From assembly GCF_006345805.1 (NCBI RefSeq), contig NC_042997.1:107446001-107510000 (forward strand): a stretch of 64,000 nt of DNA, in the 5' to 3' direction. Numbering within the stretch: the stretch's first letter is position 1; the number at the start of each line of letters is the position of its first letter. The position numbers and the translations under genes are program-made. The notes below the pieces were generated by a model. The model ran no database searches. It saw only the letters and a list, made by a program, of their open reading frames with translations, and had not been told where the DNA came from. Positions 53,350 to 64,000 of this stretch are shown here, in pieces. The stretch is from Octopus sinensis (taxonomy: Eukaryota).

Positions 53350-55290
53350 CCAATGTGCTTGCTTTCACTACGCTACCGAGCACAGCTCTGTGTGCCTTGG
53401 GTATGTGCTGTGGTTTGCTGTGATGCTCTTATTTTCACTGTATTGAAAGTGTTTTATGTAGGATGTGTGCAGTGCCTTGTAGTTCAATTTTCTGTATATT
53501 ATATATATTTGTTAGTCCTGGGGTTTTTGTTATGTATTTGTCTGAATATTTTTTTATCATATCTAATGCGCCCAGTATAATAGGAATTGTTTCTGTTTTT
53601 AGATTCCACATTCGAGTTAACTCTATTTCCAGGTCTTTGTATTTTGAAAGTTTCTCCATTTCTTTTAGAGAAACGTTGTCATCTGCTGGTATTGATACAT
53701 CAATTAGAAAGCATTTTTTTCTTCATGATCTCTGACAGCTATATTTGGTCTGTTGGCCTTAATTTCTCTATGTGTATTGGCATATCCCAGAGTATGGTTG
53801 CTTTCTTGTTTTCTGTGACCTTTTCTGGCGTGTGCTTATACCATCTTTTGTAGTTCCCGACTATGTCGTGTCTGTGAATATATTCATTCTTAGCCAGGAC
53901 TGTGCAGCCAGAGATAATATGATTTATTGTTTCTTGTCCATCTCCACATATTCTGCAGTTACTTGTTATATTTCTTTTCATTATATGTTTTTTGGTAATT
54001 TCTGGTGAGGAGGCTTTGGTCTCGTGCTGCAATTAAAAATCCTTCCGTCTCTGCTTTGAGTCCTGAGCTTCTCAACCATTGCTGGGATTTTTCTTTGTCT
54101 ATTTCTTTTGCATTTAGTTTAGCCCAGTATTTGGCATGACGGGGTTTTTCTTGCCATCGTTTTATCATGGTTCGTTGCTGTTCTAGTTTTAGTTTGGATT
54201 TTATTTGTTTTACAGCTTTTGTTGCTTCTTCTTCTTCATAGTTGTTAGGTAGTATGACTTCATGTTTTTATTTGTCAGCTCCTTAAAAGACTGAAAGCAG
54301 GTTTTTGTTTTGTTCGTGTTTTGTGGATATTTGTATTAGTTTTCCTTGCTTCTGAAGTAGGTATTTCTGTAGTCCTATAGTTGTTATTTTGTAATAGTTT
54401 TTTGCTGTATAAGGCCTCTACCACCTTCTATACGTTGTATATATAACCTTTCTATGTCAGATTTTGGGTGGTGCATCCTAAATCCTGTCATTATTTTTCT
54501 TGTTTTCCTGTCTATTTTGGTTAGTTCATTTAGTGTCCAGTTAAGGATATTTAGCTGTAACTTATAACTGGGACTGCTAAAGTGTTAATACCTATTATCT
54601 TATTTTTAGCATTGAGCTCTGTTTTTAGTATTGATCTAACTCCTCTATAGTATTCTTTCTTTATTTTCTCTTTCATTTCTATGTGTTGTATCGTATCTGG
54701 TTTATGGATTCCTAAATATTTGTAAATTTGGCTTTGGTCTAATTCTCTTATTTCATTGGCTTTATCTAGTGTGATGTTGCTACTCTTAACTAGTTTTCCT
54801 CTTTTCAGGGTTGCTTTGGTGCATTTTTCTAATCCAAATTTCATATCTATTTCTTTGGTAAATCCATGTACTATCTGTTGTAGTATTTCCAGCTGTTTAT
54901 CATTTGTAGCGTATAATTTTAGGTCATCCATATATAAGAGGTGGCTGATTGTTTTGCCGTAACAGTTGTATCCGCATCCACTTCTGTTTAGCATGTCAGA
55001 TAGAGGTGTCAGTGCCAAGCAGAAAAGGAGTAGAGAGAGTGTCTCCCTGAAATATTCCTCTTCTAATGGGAAAGGCTTTGGTTTTTATGAGTCCCTCTTT
55101 TGTTTGGAGCTGTAGCATAGTCTGCCATTTATTTATAGAGTGTCATATGTATTTTATGCTTATTGGTGCTACCTTCTCCATGGCTAGTGTTTGTTTCTAG
55201 GATCCATGTGTGGGGAATACTGGATCGACTAGCCTTTCGGTAGTCGATCCAGGCCATACTTAGGCCTTTCTTCTTTCTGCAGCTGTTTTC
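53350..55290 (-). mobile_element. Dong-like RLE retrotransposon (RT, zinc knuckle, RLE), 5'-truncated
   Basis: AWIDYRKA, IFQGDTLSLLLFC, HLLYMDDLKLY, CRICGDGQETINHIISGC, EKLSKYKDL; same family as 41283-41783. Confidence 0.9.
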
Positions 55291-55415
55291 TTTTTAATGA
55301 ATAATAAATTTGTACTCTCCCAAATGTATTGAAGGATTAATTCAATTTAATGCAAAATTGTCTTTATTATACTATAAAAACATTTATGTATGTATGAACA
55401 TTTATGTATGTATAT

Positions 55416-56990
55416 TGTTGTGGAAGGATTCCGATCACCCTTCAAGTGACTAAAAGGTGGAATGACTCATTGTTATAAACAAAGAACTGTGAGCGATTGG
55501 CAGTTCGTGTTGGTATCAATTCATAGTGAGCCTTTGATATAGAGCGTTTAGTCTCGTGTAATAGCAGTGCGTCGTGTATATACTTTCTCCCCCACCTCCC
55601 AACACTGCTTCGTTGTATTATATATCCAATACGAGGATATAAAAGTGGAGACGGGTTGTTCGAAGCTTGCGTTGGACGTTTAAAATTGGTTTTTGGTATG
55701 AAACGAAAGAAAAAATCGTTTTAACATGGAAGACTTATTGGCCTCCGTGATGCAGTTGCAACAGCAACTACAGCAGCAACAACAACATCAGTTACAGCAA
55801 CAACTACAGCAGCAGCAGAAACAACAACAAAACGAGCAGTTGCTGGAATTAATGTTGAAGAAGTCTGAAAATACTTCAAATTCGAACTTGCCAGATAGCT
55901 TAGCAGACTCAATTGAAGAATTCATCTATAAATCAGAAGAGATTTCCTTCTCTGCATATTTTCGTAGATATGAAAAAATCTTCAAAGAACAGTGCAAAAA
56001 TTGGTCCGACGAGAAAAAAGTACGACTACTTTTAAAAAAGTTATCCCCAGCCGAACATGAAAATATATAGTGATTATATTCTGCTGAAGAAGCCAGGTGA
56101 GATATGTTTCGATGAAACAATATTTTATCGAAAATTTTCTGTGAAAGAAGTTTCCTGTCCAATACTCGCTGGCATTGTTTAAATTTGGTCAAAAAAGATG
56201 ATGAAAATTTCGTTACCTATGCTGGAGTGTGAAAAATTCAAATTGAATGAGTTAACCCTGGACATGTTCGAGTCTTTAACTTTTTTTCAAGGGCTTACTG
56301 TTCAAGGGCCTACTGTAAACAAAGATGCAGATATACGTTCCCGGATATTAACAAAATTAGAACAGGACCAAAATTTACCTCTGCAGGCAGTAGCAGAAGA
56401 ATGCCAGGGGATTATTAATCTACGACATGACGCAAATAAAACAGAAGAGAAAGATTCAAGCCTGTTCACCGGTAACAAATAAGAGAATAGAGAAAAGATA
56501 TCAATACAGAAGCCATGTTATGGATGCGGCGATCTACATTTTAAAAATAACTGTCCGATTAAGAATGTAAAATGTTACAAGTGTGGTAAAATAGGCCATA
56601 AAAAGTCGCATTGTAGGACAAAACCTAAAAAACGGTTCAACAGAAAAAATCACATAAACGGATTATCGGTGACGAAAAATACGAACGAGCCTCAAAGAAA
56701 ATTTGTGCATGTAAAAATTAATAACGCAAACGTAAAGTTACAATTATATACAGAGACACGAAAAAAGATTGGGAGGCCCAAATTAAATGAAACCTCGAAA
56801 ATTTCCAGTGGTGTTGCAGAGAAAAATATATATATTAAAGACAAATTGATAAGTAACATTACATTTCGTGAAAAAACCTTAAAGGCTAAAGTTTTTGTGT
56901 TAAATAATACAACAAACTTGTTCGATACTGACTTGATGGAATTGTTTAATTTATGGGACCTCCCCATAAATCTTTTCTGATCAAATGTAT
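55416..56990 (+). mobile_element. Gypsy (K02A2.6/Mag-like) LTR, gag and protease remnant
   Basis: TGTTGTG start, polyQ N-terminus, FSAYFRRYEKIF, two CCHC knuckles at ~56515-56615, protease-like region; frameshifted. Confidence 0.8.
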
Positions 56991-57725
56991 ATGTTTCAAC
57001 CGGGAGGAAGAAGAGATCTCCAGTTTTATCTGGAAAGACGTGTAGGTGTGGAGAATTCCTTATGTTAGGTATAATCCTGGAGAGAAAAGAATTTATTTTA
57101 TTAAAGAGCTTGAAAATTCTTAATATTCGAAGCAGGTCCTTTTCAAAGTTAGACAATGCGGAGCTAGTGGGTGGACCTTTGTGCGTTTTAGGTTGTAAGA
57201 GTCCTTGCCCTTGTAGGGGTTAGATGTATATGGATTTAAAGGTCCATAGTAGAGAGCCTTCCACCTCATTCGAGTTATAAAGTCCTTTGTTTTTCTGTAG
57301 TAAGAGCTCTACATAGAGATCCCTCAGTAGAATTGGGATATTTTTTGTGGATATGCCCGTCGTGCTCAATCGAGCAAAATGTATAGAAACAGATGGGATA
57401 CAGAGGAACTCTGATTAACGCTCAAATGATTTGAACTCACATTCCGAAATTTTTACTGAGAACTAAGCCTGCAGGTTCAAGAGTTGCTATAAGAGAAATC
57501 CAGGTAAGCAGATATAGAGATAATGATGCAAATGAAGAAATAAGACCATTTGGGTTAGATATATAAAATATACATGCATATATACATGTAAATAGAGAGA
57601 AAGCAAATACTGAAATTATTCAGACGATGAACATTCATGCATAAATATATAGTTATTTATATTGTAAGAGAGCAGACTTGCACCGAGTACAAAGAAAGTC
57701 GTTTGTTTTCTGTAGTAAGAGCTCC

Positions 57726-57818
<93 letters not shown>

Positions 57819-57820
57819 TG

Positions 57821-57852
<32 letters not shown>

Positions 57853-58309
57853 CATATGTATGTATATATGTACACATATATACACACACACACACACACC
57901 TACACACACACATTGGCAATACATTGTTCTCTACATTTCTAAAAATAAGTTCAATTATGGCCGCTCTCATACATCTCTAACTTACCTTATTTATCATATT
58001 TTCTCAACTTTGCTTTTCGCCGACACAATCCCCCAATTCTTTCCTTGGTTTCTAATTTATCTTATCTTTACTACTCCGCCTGCTGTTAGAAATTATTGTA
58101 TTAATCAGCCATCACGCTCGAAACATTGCCAACCGTATTCGGTTGCTTCCGGTCTTTTCCTCGATATTTCATGTCTAATCATTTAATCACTCACAATAAA
58201 TGATTCCAATAATGAAAACGTGTACACAGTATTCTCTCTCCCCACTCTCCCTGCTCCTCCTTCCTCGACCTCCACCTCTCTCTCTATATATATACAGTGA
58301 AAAAGAATG

Positions 58310-58340
<31 letters not shown>

Positions 58341-58402
58341 ACACATACCGACGTACACACACATACATACATGCATACATTCGCCTATATACTGCATATA
58401 TA

Positions 58403-58460
<58 letters not shown>

Positions 58461-58479
58461 AACAAACATACATACACAC

Positions 58480-58871
58480 ATTATTATGGCTGCCCCCTCG
58501 TTGTCGAGTATGGCCATTGCACGAAGCTTAACTGTTACTGGTGCTGTGATCGAGTGTGACTTTTTAGCCCTGCTAAAGATCTACAATGTCTTGTATAAAA
58601 TTGGCAACCAAAACCTTTACTGGTAATAGCCGGCTGTAGTTGTAACTGGGCTTCATGTACCTTTGCATGTCGTTTAAGTCCTCCTGCCGAATTACACTCT
58701 CTTCCACATGTCCGACAGATATGATTAGTATGGTGTGTTACACCACCACCAGTGGCCAGGTTGTCACTCATCTGTCTCGCTTTATGACTACGAAGATGGC
58801 TCATGAGTCCAGCTTTACTGGGGCAGGGTCTTGCACAGACATTGCATGTCAGAATCAAAGGTAGACCCTTC
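58480..58871 (-). mobile_element. RTE-like LINE 3' end with three C2H2-type zinc fingers
   Basis: CNVCARPCPSKAGLMSHLRSH, CRTCGRECNSAGGLKRHAKVH, CQFYTRHCRSLAGLKSHTRSQH, short 3' UTR; microsatellite on both flanks. Confidence 0.6.
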
Positions 58872-58924
58872 ATACATACATACATACATACATACATACA
58901 TACATACATACATACATACATACG

Positions 58925-59775
58925 CAACCCCAGCGATGCCAACACCATCACCAATAGCAGTAGCCCCTGCTCCAGCAGAGATAACACCACTGATGGTACC
59001 AGCGGAAACGGTAGCATCGGCAGCAACAAGAGCATCAACATCAGTGCCTATAACAGCAACCGGCGCAACGACATCACGCGCCCACAGAAATACGTGGGGT
59101 GCACTGGGAACTCTCTCAAACAGCATATTTCAATCATCTATCTTCTTTCAGAGTCCCGGAAAGGAGATACGTGACATTACTGATCAGCCATATCTGGCAA
59201 TAACGAGACGAGGAGATTTCCATACTTGACTGCATGGAAAATACTCGAGAACCCAGGCCCCTACTTAAACGGGACGAAACAGTACAAGTTGTGCATTGCC
59301 AAGCACACGAGGATCCTTAAAGACTTACTCATGCCGGGGGGCATCTTGAACACCAGGACAGATATTTTCGGAGCGTGCCTGCATTTTAGAAAATTCCTGC
59401 TGGCGTTTTAGAATCCGCATGGCGGCACCGCAGTCGGAAACCAATAGCCAAGGTCGGAGGGAGACAATCGTTTACCTTTGTGGTGCTTTGGTGATCGCAA
59501 GATGGCAGCGCAATTGAAGATCGATGGACAATGGCAAAGGGAGATAATCACCTAAGGTTCAAAGAGTCTCAGACCAGTAGTGTGTGGAGTCTGAAGATAC
59601 ATACATACATACATACATACATACATACATACATACATACATACATACATGCATGCATACACAACCCCAGCGATGCCAACACCATCACCAATAGCAGTAG
59701 CCCCTGCTCCAGCAGCGACAACACCACTGACGGTACCAGCGGAAACGGTTGCATCGGCAGCAACAAGAGCATGAG
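58925..59775 (+). mobile_element. Penelope-like GIY-YIG 3' fragment with partial tandem repeat
   Basis: KYVGCTGNSLKQH, WKILE, LNTRTDIFGACLH; 58925-59035 is repeated at 59662-59772. Confidence 0.7.
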
Positions 59776-59844
59776 CGAGAAAACCAAGGTAACCCCATAA
59801 ACCGGCCTACCCCACTGTAATATAAATATATAAATATAAATATA

Positions 59845-60140
59845 TATATATGCTGATTTCAAGTCGACAATTGCTGCTGCCCTCGTCAATCGTCTCCTCC
59901 ATTCTCGCAACGTCTCTTCGCAGACATCAGTCATCTCGCCGCCCATGTGGCACGATACTTGGTCATTCAGCTCTCGAAAGTTCAGAACCGGTCTGACCCT
60001 GCCCTTTGTTGGCTGCACCATTGCCATTAATGGTAGCATTCCACTCGTCACTTCCTCCTTTCACGGGATTAGGATACCCCGCTTCATCCATCTCTCTACT
60101 TCTTCAAACTCACTCCTGGCATCTTTCAAAGTATGCTGAT
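59845..60140 (-). mobile_element. LTR-retrotransposon RT fragment
   Basis: KGRVRPVLNFRELN and IVDLKSAY. Confidence 0.65.
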
Positions 60141-60349
60141 AACAGCTTAGCCTGTTCCTCAGCGTCGAGGGCGGGGGTGACCCTTTCCGGCGCCAATCAG
60201 CCATCCTCCGCTAACCGTCGAACACCACCTGAAAATCTTTATCTCTCAGTGGTGTAAGCAGTACAATCCACCCGCCTCTGGGGGCTCTTCCTCCTCTCCT
60301 GTTGCAGACTCACAGCGCATGATGACCCTGCAGCACCAAATGAAACCAT

Positions 60350-62650
60350 GTCTCCACTGACACTGACACCTCCTAGGCAGTTGATCGATATCTCGGTCCT
60401 TAGACGACCAACAGACATGATTCCTCATCAGAGCCTTCATCCTTGCCATTCCTGGATGTTTTCTGTGAAGTTGTTGCAATACACTTTTTTGTAATTTTGT
60501 TGGAGCCACCACTCTTTGGACGTCGCAGACTGAAAAACTCCTGGCATCTGAATTTTTATTCTGTTTTATTTATTTATTTTTTTAAGCTTCTTTTATTTTC
60601 ATAACATACTCATCACCTACAGCTTTCATATTTATGTCACTGGTAGTTCTTGGATAACGTTCGTCATAACTCTTTAAATTTCACTTTCTGCTGCAGTGCT
60701 GCTAAAACAGTCTCTTCTAGTGGTTCCATATTTTTGGGAATTAATCTCGAAAGGCAGTCCGCATGACCGATGTTTTCGAAGAAATGTAATGCATTTCAAA
60801 ATTATAATTTAATAATATTACACCCCAACGTTGCAGGCAATTCGCAGTATGAGCCGGTAACCCATTTTCTAGATCCATAAATCGACAGCAAAGGTCAAAG
60901 GTCTGTTTGCAATAAAAAATCTTCTGCCATGCAGAAACCTGTGAAATTCTTTAACTGCAAAAATAATTGCTAGGGCCTCCTTTTCAATTTGACTAGAACT
61001 CTTCTCTGCTGCTATTAGCGAGCGCGAAACACGAACCACTGGTTTTGTATTTCCGTCTTCGTATTTATGAAGTAGAACTGCACCTAATCCATGCTCGGAA
61101 GCATCAGACGTTGCGATGATGTCCATTTCGGGATCGTAATGTGCTAATGACAAGTCTGAGATTAGAATTTTTTTATTTCTTCAAAAGAGTTCTGACATTT
61201 AGTGGACCAATTCCACTTTAATCCATTTTTTAAATAAGTCGTTCAATGGAGCTCTTAATTTGTGCATGTCAGGAATGTAGTTTTGGTAGTAGTGTGCCAA
61301 CTCAAGAAATGCTTGTAAAGTTGGAATATTTGTCAGCGCAGGCATATTCCTTATTGCGTCTGCCCTAAGTACTTAATTTGGGGTAAAAGAATTCGCATTT
61401 TCCTTCACACAAAGTGAACCCGAAAACTTTAGTTTTCTTAAACACAGCTTTTACGTGTTCCACATGCTGTTTATGAGAATTACTCTTGATCAAAAATATC
61501 ATCCAAGTACAGGATTACAAATTCACAATTAGATAACATGGTATCCAGAATTTGTTGGAATATTGCTGCTGCAACTTTTAATCCAAAACGAAATCGTGTG
61601 TGTCTGTATAATCTTCTGTGCGTATTTATTGTCAAATACTTTGAGCATTTTTCATTTACTTTTATCTGTAAATAGGTTTCAGAAAGATCCAAATTTAGAA
61701 AAAAACTTTTTTCACCATCTAAATTTGAAAAAATTTCCGCTGCAGTCGGGAGTGGATGGTGATGTGTTTTTAAGCAATCATTCAATCCTGTAGAGAAATC
61801 AGCACACAGCCTGACTTTAATTTCTTTTAATACATACCGTGGGTGCCACCCACTTCGAGTAATCCACTTTTTGGATGACTCCATTCTTTTGTAGTCTGTC
61901 CAACTCTTCATTTACGGTTTCAATTGCCGCAAACGACACTTTTCTGTTTGCTTTAAATACTGGGACAGCGTTTTCACTTATTTGAAAATAGGCTTCTATC
62001 TTTCTGCATAGACTTTTTTTTTACGGGACAAATATTTATGTTATTGCAGTAAAGATTTATGGGGATGTGCCATAAATCGAATAGTTCTAACCAGTCTGTG
62101 CCAAACAAATTGATGGTATTATCCACAATGAATCATTTTGCTTCGCGTGTCATACCTTAGAACTCCGCTGAAAACACCTTAGAACCTTCTGTGTTTGAGC
62201 CTCGTAGTTTTGTTCTACAACGAGAACTTCTGTGTCCCAGGTTCTGACAACTATAGCACTTTTTGTTTTTAAACGGACAATCCTTTTTGTAGTGTAGGCC
62301 TCCACGACCATAACACGGATTGGGGCCTGACACTTCGTTTGATTGTGCTTCCCAGGACGATACACTTGAATTTTTGCAGAGTCTTCATCTTGTATTTTTC
62401 TCACATTATCTCTAAGATTTACCATAGTCTGACATTCTTCTCCAATGGACTATAGAGATAAATCCTGGTTCGCTTGCTCCATTTTCGAGAGAATCCTTGC
62501 CCGAATTTCTCTATCTTCAGATGGTATAAGTCCTTGCACGAAGATAAGTGATTTGAACATATCCTGAGTGAGATCTTGGATTTTGCAATTTTCGCACATC
62601 TGCTTGACTACTCCGGCACAGGCTGGCCGAACCTGGTCCCATTGTACCAA
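60350..62650 (-). mobile_element. Gypsy (K02A2.6-like) gag-pol remnant
   Basis: RLCADFSTGLN, YLDDI, SDASEHGLGAVL, SQIEKEALAIIFAV, LHRKHPGMARMKALMR; disrupted. Confidence 0.88.
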
Positions 62651-62989
62651 ATTTGGTACTTTTGGTGTGCAGTAATCCTTTTGATACTACGCTGCAATAA
62701 TTTATTCACGTTATGTAAAAAAATAAGTTTACCGCCAATGTAAGTGAACAATGTAACAATAAATACATCACATTTTATATCAAAACATATTTCCCGACAT
62801 TTTATAACGATGCAGTTAATTGGTAGCTAGTTGATATAGAACGTGTTCAATCCGTGTATCGTACGTACCATCCAATATCGCCGGCTTCCCGCCTCTAATG
62901 CAGTCAGTAACATGTTTTATACATAAGTGTCAAGTTTTTCCTTACTATTTCGTTGAACATTTATCAATTACGAGTGAGTTATAATCCTC

Positions 62990-64000
62990 ATGATGAGCAA
63001 GAATACGAAAGATAAAAGCGGTGATGAAATTGACTTCGGTTTAACTCCGACAAACAAAAGAATTAAACAATATAATCATAAATTATCGGACAAACTCTTA
63101 TTGGATTCTTGATTTTCATCCTGGTTAGAACCAAGTAAAACAAATATCCAAAGAGCATACTGGAAATGTTGTCGTTGTGAAATTCAAGGCAGTGTAACTC
63201 ATCTGGAGAGGCACGGAAAAAAAGGATAGACATGTTAAAAATGTTAATTCAGAAAATAAAAGTGGAAAGCTGACCGACTTTTTGCAGCCTCCAACTTCTT
63301 ATGTTCATATTACAAAGGTAGCAGCTGCCCAGCTTAAGCTTTGTTCTTTCATTGTAGAACATTGCTTATGGATCATTTACCTGGACTAATTCAGAATGCA
63401 TGTCCTGATTCCAAAATAACTAAAGATATTAAATGTGCAAGAACCAAAACTACTCAAATATATAAAAATGTTTTAAGTCCTTATTACTTTGAAAACCTCA
63501 TTAAACAGTTAAAAGATGCACGTTTTCATTAATTGTTGATGAAATTACTGATGTATAAAAATTATTACATAGAAGTTGTTCAAGGTGGTTACCTTTAGAA
63601 CAAATTGTCAAAAGAATACTAGAACAGTGGCCTGCTCTTCTGTTATTCTTTACTACTGCTGCCATTGAAGATAACAACTGTGCAGCTTCAAATGTGCTGA
63701 GGTCATTAACAAATCTAATCACAGAGATGCATTATGCATTTTTAGCATATATTTTGCCAGATATCATTAACTTAGATTTTCCAATCAGAAAGCTATAGAA
63801 TGCACAAATCTATTATACGTACTAATAAGGGAATATTTGGTAATTTTGTTTAAAAACAAATTGTGAAAAAATAAGAGCTACATGAAATTAACATCAATGA
63901 TTCATCAGTGTATCTTTCCGTAACTGAAATTTAGAGACGAGCAAAAGTTGAAAGCATCTACATAAAGAAAGCTTCATCTATTAATACAACTAGACTGAAA
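62990..64000 (+). mobile_element. hAT-like transposase remnant
   Basis: BED-finger relic, IKCARTKTTQIYKNVL, LIVDEITDV; frameshifts and stops. Confidence 0.7.

Overview
Eukaryotic, AT-rich, repeat-dense genomic DNA. The SINE/RTE-LINE repertoire and massive (TA)n/(TACA)n tracts resemble an octopus (coleoid cephalopod) genome; this is an inference. Three spliced host genes can be rebuilt by hand, none recovered whole by the ORF track. (1) The 5' part of borealin/CDCA8 on the minus strand (coding exons 7970-7838 and 1913-1819). (2) Head-to-head with it, a complete ~200-aa AIRIM/C1orf109 gene on the plus strand (14537-14820, 16363-16524, 19090-19205, 24433-24473). Its second coding intron has near-consensus minor-spliceosome (U12) signals and apparently AT-AA termini. 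(3) The first coding exon of a calbindin-32/Cbp53E-like EF-hand gene (38761-38887); no further exon was recognised in the remaining ~25 kb. The rest is transposon debris: RTE and CR1 LINEs, R4/Dong-type RLE retrotransposons in (TAA)n and (TACA)n tracts, Penelope-like elements, Gypsy LTR remnants (one with an open gag), hAT and Chapaev-like DNA transposons, and SINEs. Most notable: the CDCA8-AIRIM divergent pair also known from human, the non-canonical U12 intron overlapping a GT-AG alternative, long intronic hairpins, and apparent (TACA)n-targeted retrotransposition. Homology calls rest on remembered protein motifs, not on database searches.
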